The notes below the pieces were generated by a model. It saw nothing but the letters and a program-made list of their open reading frames with translations. It had not been told where the DNA came from and did not search any database. From contig CAVOYH010000004.1 of NCBI GenBank assembly GCA_963700635.1, forward strand, positions 128,001 through 192,000: a stretch of DNA of 64,000 nt, given 5' to 3'. How positions within the stretch are numbered: the stretch's first letter is position 1; every line of letters begins with the position of its first letter. Below are positions 50,821 through 59,135 of the stretch, one piece after another. Source of the DNA: an uncultured Bacteroidota bacterium. GTDB lineage: Bacteria > Bacteroidota > Ignavibacteria > UBA10030 > UBA6906. Made by a program: the position numbers and the translations under genes.

Positions 50821-53052
50821 ATGACTACCCCGGGACATACAACAGTGCTGAGCAGGCCTGTACAGTTTGTCAAGGGGGTGGGGCCGAAAAAGGGTCAAGC
50901 CCTGAGTGTGGTCGGCATCACCTCAGTCGGGGACCTCCTGATGTACGTGCCGCGGCGGTACCTCGACCGCACCACGGTTGCGACAATTGCACAGGTTCGG
51001 GGGATGACACAGCCGGACAATGCCTTGCCGGACACAGATGTCCGGCGTGAAGCGACTGTTCTGGGAGACGTTCGTTCCTTCCGGGTCCTCGGAGCCGGGC
51101 GCAGGGCCCGCTTTGTCCTGGTCCTCGGCGATGCCACGGGCTCTCTGCAGTGCGTCTGGTTTGGAGCCGTACACTACTGGAAGTCACGTTTCAAGATCGG
51201 CGACAGTCTCGCGGTGTCGGGGCAGCCCTCCCTTTTCGGCGCGGTGCTGCAGATGGTCCATCCCGATGTGGATTGGATTGAAGGTCGCGCGGGGGAGGAA
51301 CGCGACGGGACCACAGAAGGTGGCCTTGTACACGGTGACGGGCTTATCCCGCTGTATGCAAGCACACAGGAGCTGGCGCGGGTGGGACTCGACAGCGGAG
51401 GATTCCGGCGGCTGCTTGCGCATGTGATCCGTGAAGTTCTGGAAACCGTTGTGGATCCGCTTCCCGAAAGCCTTTTACACAAACATCGTCTGCTCCCGTT
51501 ACGCGATGCCCTTCGTACTGTACACTTTCCCAAGACGGGCACCGACATTGCAGAGGCGTTGCGCCGGCTCAAGTACCAGGAGCTGTTTGAATTTCAGCTG
51601 AAGCTGGCTCTCCAGCGGAACCGGGCCAAACAGGAATCCAGAGGGATCACCTTTGCTGTGCAAAGCAAGCTGGCCCGTCAGTTTGTGGACGGTCTCCCCT
51701 TTGTGCTGACTTCTGCGCAGGTGAAAGTGGTACGGGAAATTCTGGACGATATGGGATCCCCGCAACCGATGCACCGGCTTCTCCAGGGCGACGTCGGAAG
51801 TGGCAAGACCGTGGTTGCGCTCACGGCAATGCTGATCGCTGTGGAAAATGGTTATCAAGCGGCGTTTGTAGCCCCGACTGAAATTCTAGCGGAGCAGCAT
51901 TTCCGGACAATGCGGGCGCTCCTCGGGGCTCTTCCCGTACACCATCGGCTTCTTGTGGGAGCACAACGGTCGGCCCTGCGTCGTGATGTTCTCGAAGATA
52001 TCCGTTCCGGTGCCGCCCAGATTGTTGTCGGCACACATGCGGTATTCGAAGAGGATGTTGTGTTTGCGCGTCTGGGGTTGGCCGTGATTGATGAGCAGCA
52101 CCGGTTTGGAGTGTTGCAGCGTGCGCGTATCCGCAAGAAGGGGGAGCATCCGGATGTGCTGATCATGACCGCGACGCCGATTCCCCGGACACTCTCGCTG
52201 ACACTGTACGGGGATCTGGATGTGTCCGTCATCGAAGCGCTTCCGGAGGGCCGCCGTCCGATCCGTACCCTTCTGAAGTATGATGATGAGAAGGAAAGCG
52301 TCTATCAGTTTGTGCGGGAGCAGGTGTCGGCTGGCCGTCAGGCCTATTTTGTCTACCCCCTGGTTGAGGAATCCGAGGTGCTGGACCTTAAGGCGGCCAC
52401 CGTGCACGTTGAGCAGCTGCAACGGGACGTCTTTCCGGCATTACGGCTGGGACTCCTGCACGGTCGGCTCAGCGCCGAGGAAAAAGACGGCGTCATGCAG
52501 CGGTTTGTAAGCCGGTCCCTGGATATCCTTGTGGCGACCACGGTGATAGAGGTGGGGATTGACGTGGCGAATGCAACCGTCATGGTCATCGAAAATGCCG
52601 AGCGGTTTGGTTTGTCGCAGTTGCATCAGCTCCGCGGCCGGGTGGGACGCGGGAGCGACCAGTCGTATTGTATCCTCATGACGCAGCGCTGGATTGCCCG
52701 CCGTGCGGCACGGGTCCGGGCGGCGGGAGATGATCAGGCAGCGCTTGAACAGTATCGTGCAGCGGAGCGACGGCTCGCGACCATGGTACGTACGACGGAC
52801 GGATTTGAGATTGCGGAGGCTGATCTCGAGTTGAGGGGGCCCGGTGACTACTTCGGGACCCGACAGAGCGGCATCCCGGAGTTTCGCGTGGCGAATCCGG
52901 TGCTCGACGTCGCGCTCCTCTCGTCAGCGCGTGATGATGCCTTCGCGATCGTCGCCGACGATCCATCTCTCCGTCATGAGGCGCATCGACTCCTCGCAGA
53001 GCATCTCCGCTCCCGGTTCGAGAAGGAGACGACGCTGATACAAACTGGATGA
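50821..53052 (+). CDS. recG: ATP-dependent DNA helicase RecG
   Basis: KGVGP, PRRY.D, QGDVGSGKT, DEQHRFG, MTATPIPRT, QLRGRVGR and DGF.IAE.DL..RGPG. Confidence 0.97.
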   Translation: MTTPGHTTVLSRPVQFVKGVGPKKGQALSVVGITSVGDLLMYVPRRYLDRTTVATIAQVRGMTQPDNALPDTDVRREATVLGDVRSFRVLGAGRRARFVLVLGDATGSLQCVWFGAVHYWKSRFKIGDSLAVSGQPSLFGAVLQMVHPDVDWIEGRAGEERDGTTEGGLVHGDGLIPLYASTQELARVGLDSGGFRRLLAHVIREVLETVVDPLPESLLHKHRLLPLRDALRTVHFPKTGTDIAEALRRLKYQELFEFQLKLALQRNRAKQESRGITFAVQSKLARQFVDGLPFVLTSAQVKVVREILDDMGSPQPMHRLLQGDVGSGKTVVALTAMLIAVENGYQAAFVAPTEILAEQHFRTMRALLGALPVHHRLLVGAQRSALRRDVLEDIRSGAAQIVVGTHAVFEEDVVFARLGLAVIDEQHRFGVLQRARIRKKGEHPDVLIMTATPIPRTLSLTLYGDLDVSVIEALPEGRRPIRTLLKYDDEKESVYQFVREQVSAGRQAYFVYPLVEESEVLDLKAATVHVEQLQRDVFPALRLGLLHGRLSAEEKDGVMQRFVSRSLDILVATTVIEVGIDVANATVMVIENAERFGLSQLHQLRGRVGRGSDQSYCILMTQRWIARRAARVRAAGDDQAALEQYRAAERRLATMVRTTDGFEIAEADLELRGPGDYFGTRQSGIPEFRVANPVLDVALLSSARDDAFAIVADDPSLRHEAHRLLAEHLRSRFEKETTLIQTG

Positions 53053-53068
53053 AAAGTTCACTTTTTTC

Positions 53069-53096
53069 TTGACACAGATGCAGAATTGCTTATATT
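53069..53096 (+). promoter_or_regulatory. Promoter of the ATP-grasp/GNAT/KamA operon
   Basis: TTGACA (53069-53074), 16 nt spacer, TATATT (53091-53096). Confidence 0.62.
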
Positions 53097-53171
53097 AACC
53101 TGCAAGACAATTGAGTTTCACTACACGGACTGTTTCTGGTACCTCCTCATACAGCGCTTCCATCGACTGCG

Positions 53172-54290
53172 GTGACGATCGCATTGACCTACAACGTCAA
53201 GATGGAAGCAGGTTCTCTCCCTTCGACAACTCCCGATCAGGCAGCAGGCCCTTCATCCGACGCCGCTCTCGTTTTGTCCGTGGCGCATGCCGAACGCAAA
53301 CACGATCTGTACGCCGAGTGGGATACACTGGACACCATTCACGCGGTGCGCGACGCGCTTGCGGAACGGTTCACCGTTGAATTGGTTGAGGCCAATGCCG
53401 ATGCCTTCGAACGTTTGCGAACCATGCGACCGACTTTTGTGTTCAATATTGCGGAAGGTCTTGTGGGCGTATCACGCGAGGCGCAGCTTCCGGCAATGTT
53501 GGAATTGTTGCAGATCCCGTATCTCGGTTCTGATCCGCTGACGCTGGCGCTGTGTCTGGACAAGGGACGGACCAAGGAGGTGCTTGCGCATCATGGAGTA
53601 CGCACGGCACCCTTTGTGATGATTTCGTCGATGGAGGAACTGGACGATGCCCGTGTGCGCTTCCCGCTGATTGTAAAACCGCTTCATGAAGGATCGAGCA
53701 AAGGGATTTACAATTCGTGCGTTGCGCGCAACAGTGAAGAACTCGAAAGGGAAGTGAAGACGATTCTCGAGACGTACGATGAACCAGTGCTTGTGGAGGA
53801 ATTTCTTGCGGGAAGGGAGTTTACCGTTGCCGTGCTCGGGAACGGGAACCAGCTCACGGTTCTCCCCATAGTGGAGATCTCATTTTCAGCGTTACCCGAG
53901 GGGATGAATCCCATTTACTCCTATGAAGCGAAATGGATCTGGGACAAGGCGGAGAACCCGCTTGAGATTTTTTCCTGTCCGGCACACCTTCAGGAATCAC
54001 TTGCCGAAGAGATCCGTGCGCTGTGTACGCGCACGTACCGGGTATTACGGTGCCGTGATTGGTCGCGGATAGACGTCCGTCTTGACGGAGAGGGGCGTCC
54101 GCATATTTTAGAAGTAAATCCGTTGCCGGGTATACTTCCCCGGCCGGAAGACAATTCCTGTTTTCCGAAGGCAGCGCGGGCGGCGGGTATGACGTACGCG
54201 CAGTTGATAAATAGAGTGCTTGACATTGCGATGGCGCGCTGCGGTATCGTGGTCAGGGAACAACAAATCATGCACGACCAGATACAATAA
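53172..54290 (+). CDS. Ddl-like ATP-grasp ligase 1 (non-canonical)
   Basis: VFNIAEG, IPYLGS, DK..TK, KP..EGSSKGI, EEFL.GREF, RIDVR and LEVNPLPG. Lacks the Ddl GGxSxE motif. Confidence 0.85.
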   Translation: MTIALTYNVKMEAGSLPSTTPDQAAGPSSDAALVLSVAHAERKHDLYAEWDTLDTIHAVRDALAERFTVELVEANADAFERLRTMRPTFVFNIAEGLVGVSREAQLPAMLELLQIPYLGSDPLTLALCLDKGRTKEVLAHHGVRTAPFVMISSMEELDDARVRFPLIVKPLHEGSSKGIYNSCVARNSEELEREVKTILETYDEPVLVEEFLAGREFTVAVLGNGNQLTVLPIVEISFSALPEGMNPIYSYEAKWIWDKAENPLEIFSCPAHLQESLAEEIRALCTRTYRVLRCRDWSRIDVRLDGEGRPHILEVNPLPGILPRPEDNSCFPKAARAAGMTYAQLINRVLDIAMARCGIVVREQQIMHDQIQ

Positions 54291-54300
54291 CGGATATCTC

Positions 54301-55422
54301 ATGGGAAAAAAATTACGAATTTCTATTCTTTTTAACGAACCAGCGGTCAGCGATGAAAATCTGCAAAAACTCGTCACAGAGAACGGGCAGATCAGAAGCG
54401 ATCCGGATGCTCTATTAAAGAAGCTCGCGGCGGAAAGAACACCACGTTCCCGAAAACCGCCTCCTTCTGTCGATCTGTCTGAACTTGGCGTTATCGAGGA
54501 AATGGAAGATATCAAGATCGCCCTCGATTCCCTCGGATACAAAACCTCCATTACGAACGTCAACAGTGATGTGTACAGACTGATTGACTACCTCAGGGAA
54601 GAACGACCGGATATTATCTTCAATCTGGTGGAATGTGTCGAAAACGAATCCCTGCAGGAAATGAATGTGGCGGGACTGTACGACCTCCTGAAGATTCCGT
54701 ATACCGGAGCAGGACCTCTTGCACTGGGTACGGCCCTCAACAAACCGCGCGTGAAGGAAATTCTGACCTATCACGGCATCCGCACGCCCGACTACCAGGT
54801 CTTCCGCGCCCAGGATCGTATCGTGCTCAAAGAAGGGCTCACGTTTCCGCTGATCGTAAAACCATCACATGAAGATGGCAGCGTGGGAATTTCCGATCTG
54901 TCGATCGTCAACAACCTCAGCGAGCTCCGCAAACGTGTTCGGTTTATTCATGCAGAGTTTGAACAACCCGCCCTGGTGGAGCAGTACATCCTCGGCCGTG
55001 AGATGAACGTCGCCATCCTCGGCTCGTTACGTCCGCAGGTCCTCCCGATCTCCGAAATTGATTTCTCCGGGCTGCCCGCGGATATGCACAAGATTGTCAG
55101 TTATGAGGCAAAGTGGATGCACGGCACTGCCGCCTATGAAGGAACTCGCGGTGTCTGTCCGGCCAAGCTGACTGCGCGCCAGGAGGGGGAGATGAAACGC
55201 ACTGCGCTCACCTGCTTCCAGTTGATCGGGTGCAGGGACTATGCCCGCATCGATTTCCGCCTGACTCCTGAAGGAGTGCCGTACGTGCTGGAAGTCAACC
55301 CGAACCCGGATATTTCCGATGACGCAGGCTTCGCACGATCAGCCCGCGGTGCGGGGTATTCATTCCCTGAGGCAATAGGGAAAATCGTAGAATCGGCGGT
55401 CGAACGATGGCAGTCGAGGTAG
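54301..55422 (+). CDS. Ddl-like ATP-grasp ligase 2 (non-canonical)
   Basis: IFNLVE, IPYTG, KPSHEDGS.GI, EQYI.GRE, SYEAKW, RIDFR and LEVNPNP. Confidence 0.85.
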   Translation: MGKKLRISILFNEPAVSDENLQKLVTENGQIRSDPDALLKKLAAERTPRSRKPPPSVDLSELGVIEEMEDIKIALDSLGYKTSITNVNSDVYRLIDYLREERPDIIFNLVECVENESLQEMNVAGLYDLLKIPYTGAGPLALGTALNKPRVKEILTYHGIRTPDYQVFRAQDRIVLKEGLTFPLIVKPSHEDGSVGISDLSIVNNLSELRKRVRFIHAEFEQPALVEQYILGREMNVAILGSLRPQVLPISEIDFSGLPADMHKIVSYEAKWMHGTAAYEGTRGVCPAKLTARQEGEMKRTALTCFQLIGCRDYARIDFRLTPEGVPYVLEVNPNPDISDDAGFARSARGAGYSFPEAIGKIVESAVERWQSR

Positions 55423-55916
55423 TCACGGGAACCATACGGGCGCTCCGGCCGGCAGACCGTGAACCATTACATCGTCTGCTCGAACAAACCGGTGTCTTCA
55501 CAGACGACGAGATCGGGATCGCCCTCGAACTGATCGATACGGTCCTGCAAAAACCGGAGCAGAAGGACTATGAGATCGCCGTGTACGATGATGGCTCAGG
55601 CCCTCTCGGGTATACGTGTATTGGTCCAACACCCGGAACGGACGGGACGTACGATCTGTACTGGATAGCCGTTGCTCCCGCCCTGCACGGACGGGGTATC
55701 GGACGTGAACTCGATGCGCATGTCGGATCCACGGTGCGCGCGCGTCACGGACGCTTGATTGTCGCGGAGACCTCATCCACCCCGCGATACAACACAACAC
55801 GGATGTTTTATCAGCGCTGTGGCTACACTGAGCTTGCCCGCATCCCCGGATACTACCGGCAGGGCGACGATCTTGTAGTCTACGGCAAGTATCTTGTCTC
55901 ACAAGTAGGAGCGTGA
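55407..55916 (+). CDS. GNAT-family N-acetyltransferase
   Basis: LYWIAV.P..HGRGIG acetyl-CoA motif, ETSS, FY...GY. Overlaps the previous gene. Confidence 0.88.
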   Translation: MAVEVVTGTIRALRPADREPLHRLLEQTGVFTDDEIGIALELIDTVLQKPEQKDYEIAVYDDGSGPLGYTCIGPTPGTDGTYDLYWIAVAPALHGRGIGRELDAHVGSTVRARHGRLIVAETSSTPRYNTTRMFYQRCGYTELARIPGYYRQGDDLVVYGKYLVSQVGA

Positions 55917-55925
55917 CAGTCACGC

Positions 55926-57071
55926 ATGGAACTCTGGCAGGAAATGCTTAGGCAGAGTGTAGATAGCTCCAAAGACCTGGTTGAACGTTTTGGCTTTAAT
56001 GAGGAACTCTCCGAGAAACTCAACCGGCTGTTTCATATCCGGATCAACCCGTACTATCTCAGCCTGATCCGGTACCCGGGAGATCCCATCTGGCTCCAGT
56101 GTATCCCGGATGCCAAGGAACTGGAAGAAGATGGTCTTCCGGAAGATCCTCTCGCAGAGGACTCACACAGTCCTGTGCCAAGCATCGTACACCGATATCC
56201 GGACCGGGTGCTCTTCCTCACGACGAGCCAGTGTTCGATGTACTGTCGGTTCTGCACACGCAAGCGGAAAGTCGGCGATTCGAGCAAAATCAACATGAAG
56301 TTTATTCAGGGCGGTATCGATTACATCGCTGCGCATCCCGAAGTGCGTGATGTGATCATGTCCGGCGGTGACCCGCTGATGCTTACGGACTTCATGCTGG
56401 AAAAAATTATCTCGGGTCTGCGCGCGATTCCCCATGTCGAGATTATCCGCCTGGGCACAAAAATGCCCTGCGTGCTCCCGCAGCGGATCACTCCCAAACT
56501 CGTGAAGATGCTCAAGAAGTATCATCCGATCTATATCAATACGCACTTTAACCATCCATGGGAATGTACCACGGAAGCCAAACGGTCCTGCGAGCTTATC
56601 GCGGATGCCGGCATTCCCCTGGGTAACCAGGCCGTCCTGATGAAGGGTGTGAACGACGATCCGGATGTGATGCTCGAACTTATGCGCAAATTGCTCACCA
56701 TGCGCGTGCGGCCGTACTATCTCTATCAGGCCGATATTACCAAGGGGGCGAATCACTTCCGTGCTCCGGTCAGCGTCGGACTCGACATCATGGATAAGCT
56801 CCGGGGTCATACCTCAGGTCTGGCCATTCCGCATTTTGTGATCGACGCGCCAGGCGGTGGGGGCAAAATCCCGCTTCTGCCGCAATACGTCCTGGGCAGG
56901 AACGGAAATCAGATCATCATGCGCAACTATAAATACGACATCTTTACCTACCCGGACGTCGAGGAAGACCCAAAAATTCCGACTCCGACAGTCGAGCGCC
57001 GGTTCACCCGGAAGAAAAAAGGCCCGCGCCGGCTTATGCGCCGGATGAGGCAGGGGTGTAGGGGGGGGTGA
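55926..57071 (+). CDS. KamA-family radical SAM/PLP 2,3-aminomutase
   Basis: HRYPDR, CSMYCRFC, SGGDPL, HFNHP, NQ.VL, PYYLYQAD and FVIDAPGGGGK. Confidence 0.93.
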   Translation: MELWQEMLRQSVDSSKDLVERFGFNEELSEKLNRLFHIRINPYYLSLIRYPGDPIWLQCIPDAKELEEDGLPEDPLAEDSHSPVPSIVHRYPDRVLFLTTSQCSMYCRFCTRKRKVGDSSKINMKFIQGGIDYIAAHPEVRDVIMSGGDPLMLTDFMLEKIISGLRAIPHVEIIRLGTKMPCVLPQRITPKLVKMLKKYHPIYINTHFNHPWECTTEAKRSCELIADAGIPLGNQAVLMKGVNDDPDVMLELMRKLLTMRVRPYYLYQADITKGANHFRAPVSVGLDIMDKLRGHTSGLAIPHFVIDAPGGGGKIPLLPQYVLGRNGNQIIMRNYKYDIFTYPDVEEDPKIPTPTVERRFTRKKKGPRRLMRRMRQGCRGG

Positions 57072-57125
57072 CGTAGCCGGGAAGATCTGCCGGCAAGGCT
57101 GATCGATACGGTGATGCTGGATAAG

Positions 57126-57174
57126 AAACCGCCGGGTGGCGAGAGACACTACCCGGCGGTTTTTTTCTTTTTTT
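57126..57174 (+). terminator. Intrinsic terminator closing the KamA operon
   Basis: aaaccgccgggt...acccggcggttt stem followed by a long T-rich tract. Confidence 0.85.
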
Positions 57175-57210
57175 CCCGAATCCACCGCACGGCTTCAGGA
57201 CCCAAGCCAG

Positions 57211-57239
57211 TTGCCTCCGTATCCGGCTTTCCGTAGATT
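57211..57239 (+). promoter_or_regulatory. Promoter of dnaG (predicts a leaderless mRNA)
   Basis: TTGCCT-17 nt-TAGATT, ending 7 nt before ATG 57246. Confidence 0.5.
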
Positions 57240-57245
57240 ATCCCT

Positions 57246-59105
57246 ATGCGTATTCCCGAGACGACCATTGATGAGATCCGCAACGCAACCGACATCGTCG
57301 AGGTGATCGGTGCCTATGCCCGATTAAAAAAGCGCGGCAAGAACTACATCGGACTCTGTCCGTTCCATCAGGAAAAAACCCCGTCGTTTACTGTCAGCGC
57401 CGAGAAACAGATGTTCCATTGCTTCGGTTGCGGCGTGGGCGGGAATGTGTTCACATTTTTGATGGAGCACGACAAACTTTCGTTCATAGAAGCGGTTCGC
57501 ACACTTGCCGACCGCGCCGGAATCCGGTTGCCCGAAGAGGGAAGAGACGACCGGGAGGAAATCACCGAACAGGAGAAGCTCCTGAGCCTCTGCCGCGCTG
57601 CAGCTCTCCGGTTTCATGACAACCTGATGACAAGCGTTGAGGGAAGCATCGCCCGGGAGTATTTTCGTCACCGGGGCCTCACCGATGCGACCATTGCAGC
57701 ATTCGGCCTGGGGTATTCGATGAACTCCTGGGATGATTTCCTCTCCTATGCACGGCGGGAGGGGTTTGACCCGGTGTACCTCGAGAAGGCGGGATTGATC
57801 GTGCGCCGTGACGACGGATCCGGGTTTTACGACCGGTTCCGCGGGCGAGCGATGTTTCCGATTTTCTCGCCGACCGGCCGCCCGATCGCCTTCGGCGCCC
57901 GGAAGGTGCGCGAGGACGACCCGCTTGCCAAATATATCAATTCGCCGGAAACGCCGGTGTATAACAAGAGCCGGGTATTATATGGTCTCTCCCAGGCAAA
58001 AGACGCCATCCGCGACAAGGATTTTGCGCTGCTCGTGGAGGGCTATATGGACCTCATCACACTTCACCAGGCAGGCTTCCAGCATGTTGTGGCATCCAGC
58101 GGTACGGCGTTAACGACGGAACAAATTCAATTGCTGGGCCGGTACACAAAACACATTACGCTTGTCTATGACGCCGACTCTGCCGGCTCAAAAGCCGCAC
58201 TGCGGGGTGGAGATCTGGTTCTGGAACAGGATATTGATGTTCGTGTGGCCGAACTCCCTGCAGGCGAAGACCCGGACTCCTTTATCCGGAAGCAAGGACC
58301 AAAGGCGTTCCAGGCTATACTTGACGGCGCGGTGTCATTTCTTGAATTCCGGGCCATTCAGCTTGAAGCGGCGGGCGCGTTTTCCACGCCGGATGGGAAG
58401 GCGCAGGCAATCCGAACCCTGGTAGAGACGGTTGCGCGGATGCGAGATGAACTGAAGCGGACCTTTTTTATCAAGCGTCTGGCGGAGCAGTACGATATCT
58501 ACGAAAGTGTGTTGTTCCGCGAACTGGAAAGCGTGCTCGGAAAGCAACAACAGGCGAGCAGGGTTGAGCGAAACATCCCGCGCTCTGCTCCGGCGGAGAC
58601 CCCGCCGCCAGCTCACCGCGTGGTGCAGAACCAGAGTATCCCACCTGCCGAACGGGACCTTCTGAAACTGATGCTTGAACACGGCAGTGCCATGGTGCGT
58701 TACGTTCGGGAACTGATCGATCCTGCACAGTTCACATCCACGACCGCCCGGTCGATCCTTGCCGTGCTTCTGGATCACGACGAGGCGGGGGAATTCTGGG
58801 ATGCCGGTATGATTATGGATGATCTGCAGGATGCCTCGCTGAAACGTATCGTGACGGAACTGATGATCTCGCGCTATGAGATCAGCAAGGGCTGGCAGGA
58901 AATGGGTTCTGAACCTGCGCTGCCCGACCCGCGGAGCATGGCGTCTGACTGTATCGCCAGGATGCAGCTTCTCTCTCTGGACGAGCGTATTGCGGAAACG
59001 TATCGTCTGATGAAAGACTCTGAGCTGCGGGGGGAAGACAGCACGGAGTTCCAGCAGGAGATTATGCGGATGCAGCGGGCCAGGAAGGATGTGCGGGGGC
59101 GTTGA
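57246..59105 (+). CDS. dnaG: DNA primase
   Basis: CPFH.EKTPSF, CFGC, RFRGR.MFPI, KYINSPET, EGYMD, YDAD.AG and DPD. Confidence 0.97.
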   Translation: MRIPETTIDEIRNATDIVEVIGAYARLKKRGKNYIGLCPFHQEKTPSFTVSAEKQMFHCFGCGVGGNVFTFLMEHDKLSFIEAVRTLADRAGIRLPEEGRDDREEITEQEKLLSLCRAAALRFHDNLMTSVEGSIAREYFRHRGLTDATIAAFGLGYSMNSWDDFLSYARREGFDPVYLEKAGLIVRRDDGSGFYDRFRGRAMFPIFSPTGRPIAFGARKVREDDPLAKYINSPETPVYNKSRVLYGLSQAKDAIRDKDFALLVEGYMDLITLHQAGFQHVVASSGTALTTEQIQLLGRYTKHITLVYDADSAGSKAALRGGDLVLEQDIDVRVAELPAGEDPDSFIRKQGPKAFQAILDGAVSFLEFRAIQLEAAGAFSTPDGKAQAIRTLVETVARMRDELKRTFFIKRLAEQYDIYESVLFRELESVLGKQQQASRVERNIPRSAPAETPPPAHRVVQNQSIPPAERDLLKLMLEHGSAMVRYVRELIDPAQFTSTTARSILAVLLDHDEAGEFWDAGMIMDDLQDASLKRIVTELMISRYEISKGWQEMGSEPALPDPRSMASDCIARMQLLSLDERIAETYRLMKDSELRGEDSTEFQQEIMRMQRARKDVRGR

Positions 59106-59130
59106 TATTCAGCCGGAACGGGGGTATATT
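59102..59130 (+). promoter_or_regulatory. Promoter of the GT9 operon
   Basis: TTGATA-17 nt-TATATT, ending 6 nt before GTG 59136. Confidence 0.55.
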
Positions 59131-59135
59131 GTGGT

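Noticed and set aside
53111-53380. TTG-started ORF overlapping the start of ATP-grasp ligase 1
   Set aside because: No homology cues or RBS. The ligase motif begins right at GTG 53172.
53172-55422. vanA-like resistance cluster or housekeeping ddl
   Set aside because: No vanH/X/R/S or mur/fts genes, and the N-terminal Ddl motif is absent.
55926-57071. KamA homolog as EpmB (EF-P beta-lysylation) or lysine-fermentation KamA
   Set aside because: No efp/epmA or kamDE nearby; the operon context is ligases plus a GNAT. Cannot be excluded genome-wide.
57011-57071. Possible extra frameshift in the KamA C-terminal tail (A6 run; the alternative frame reads RPAPAYAPDEAGV*)
   Set aside because: Outside the conserved region and undecidable without reads.
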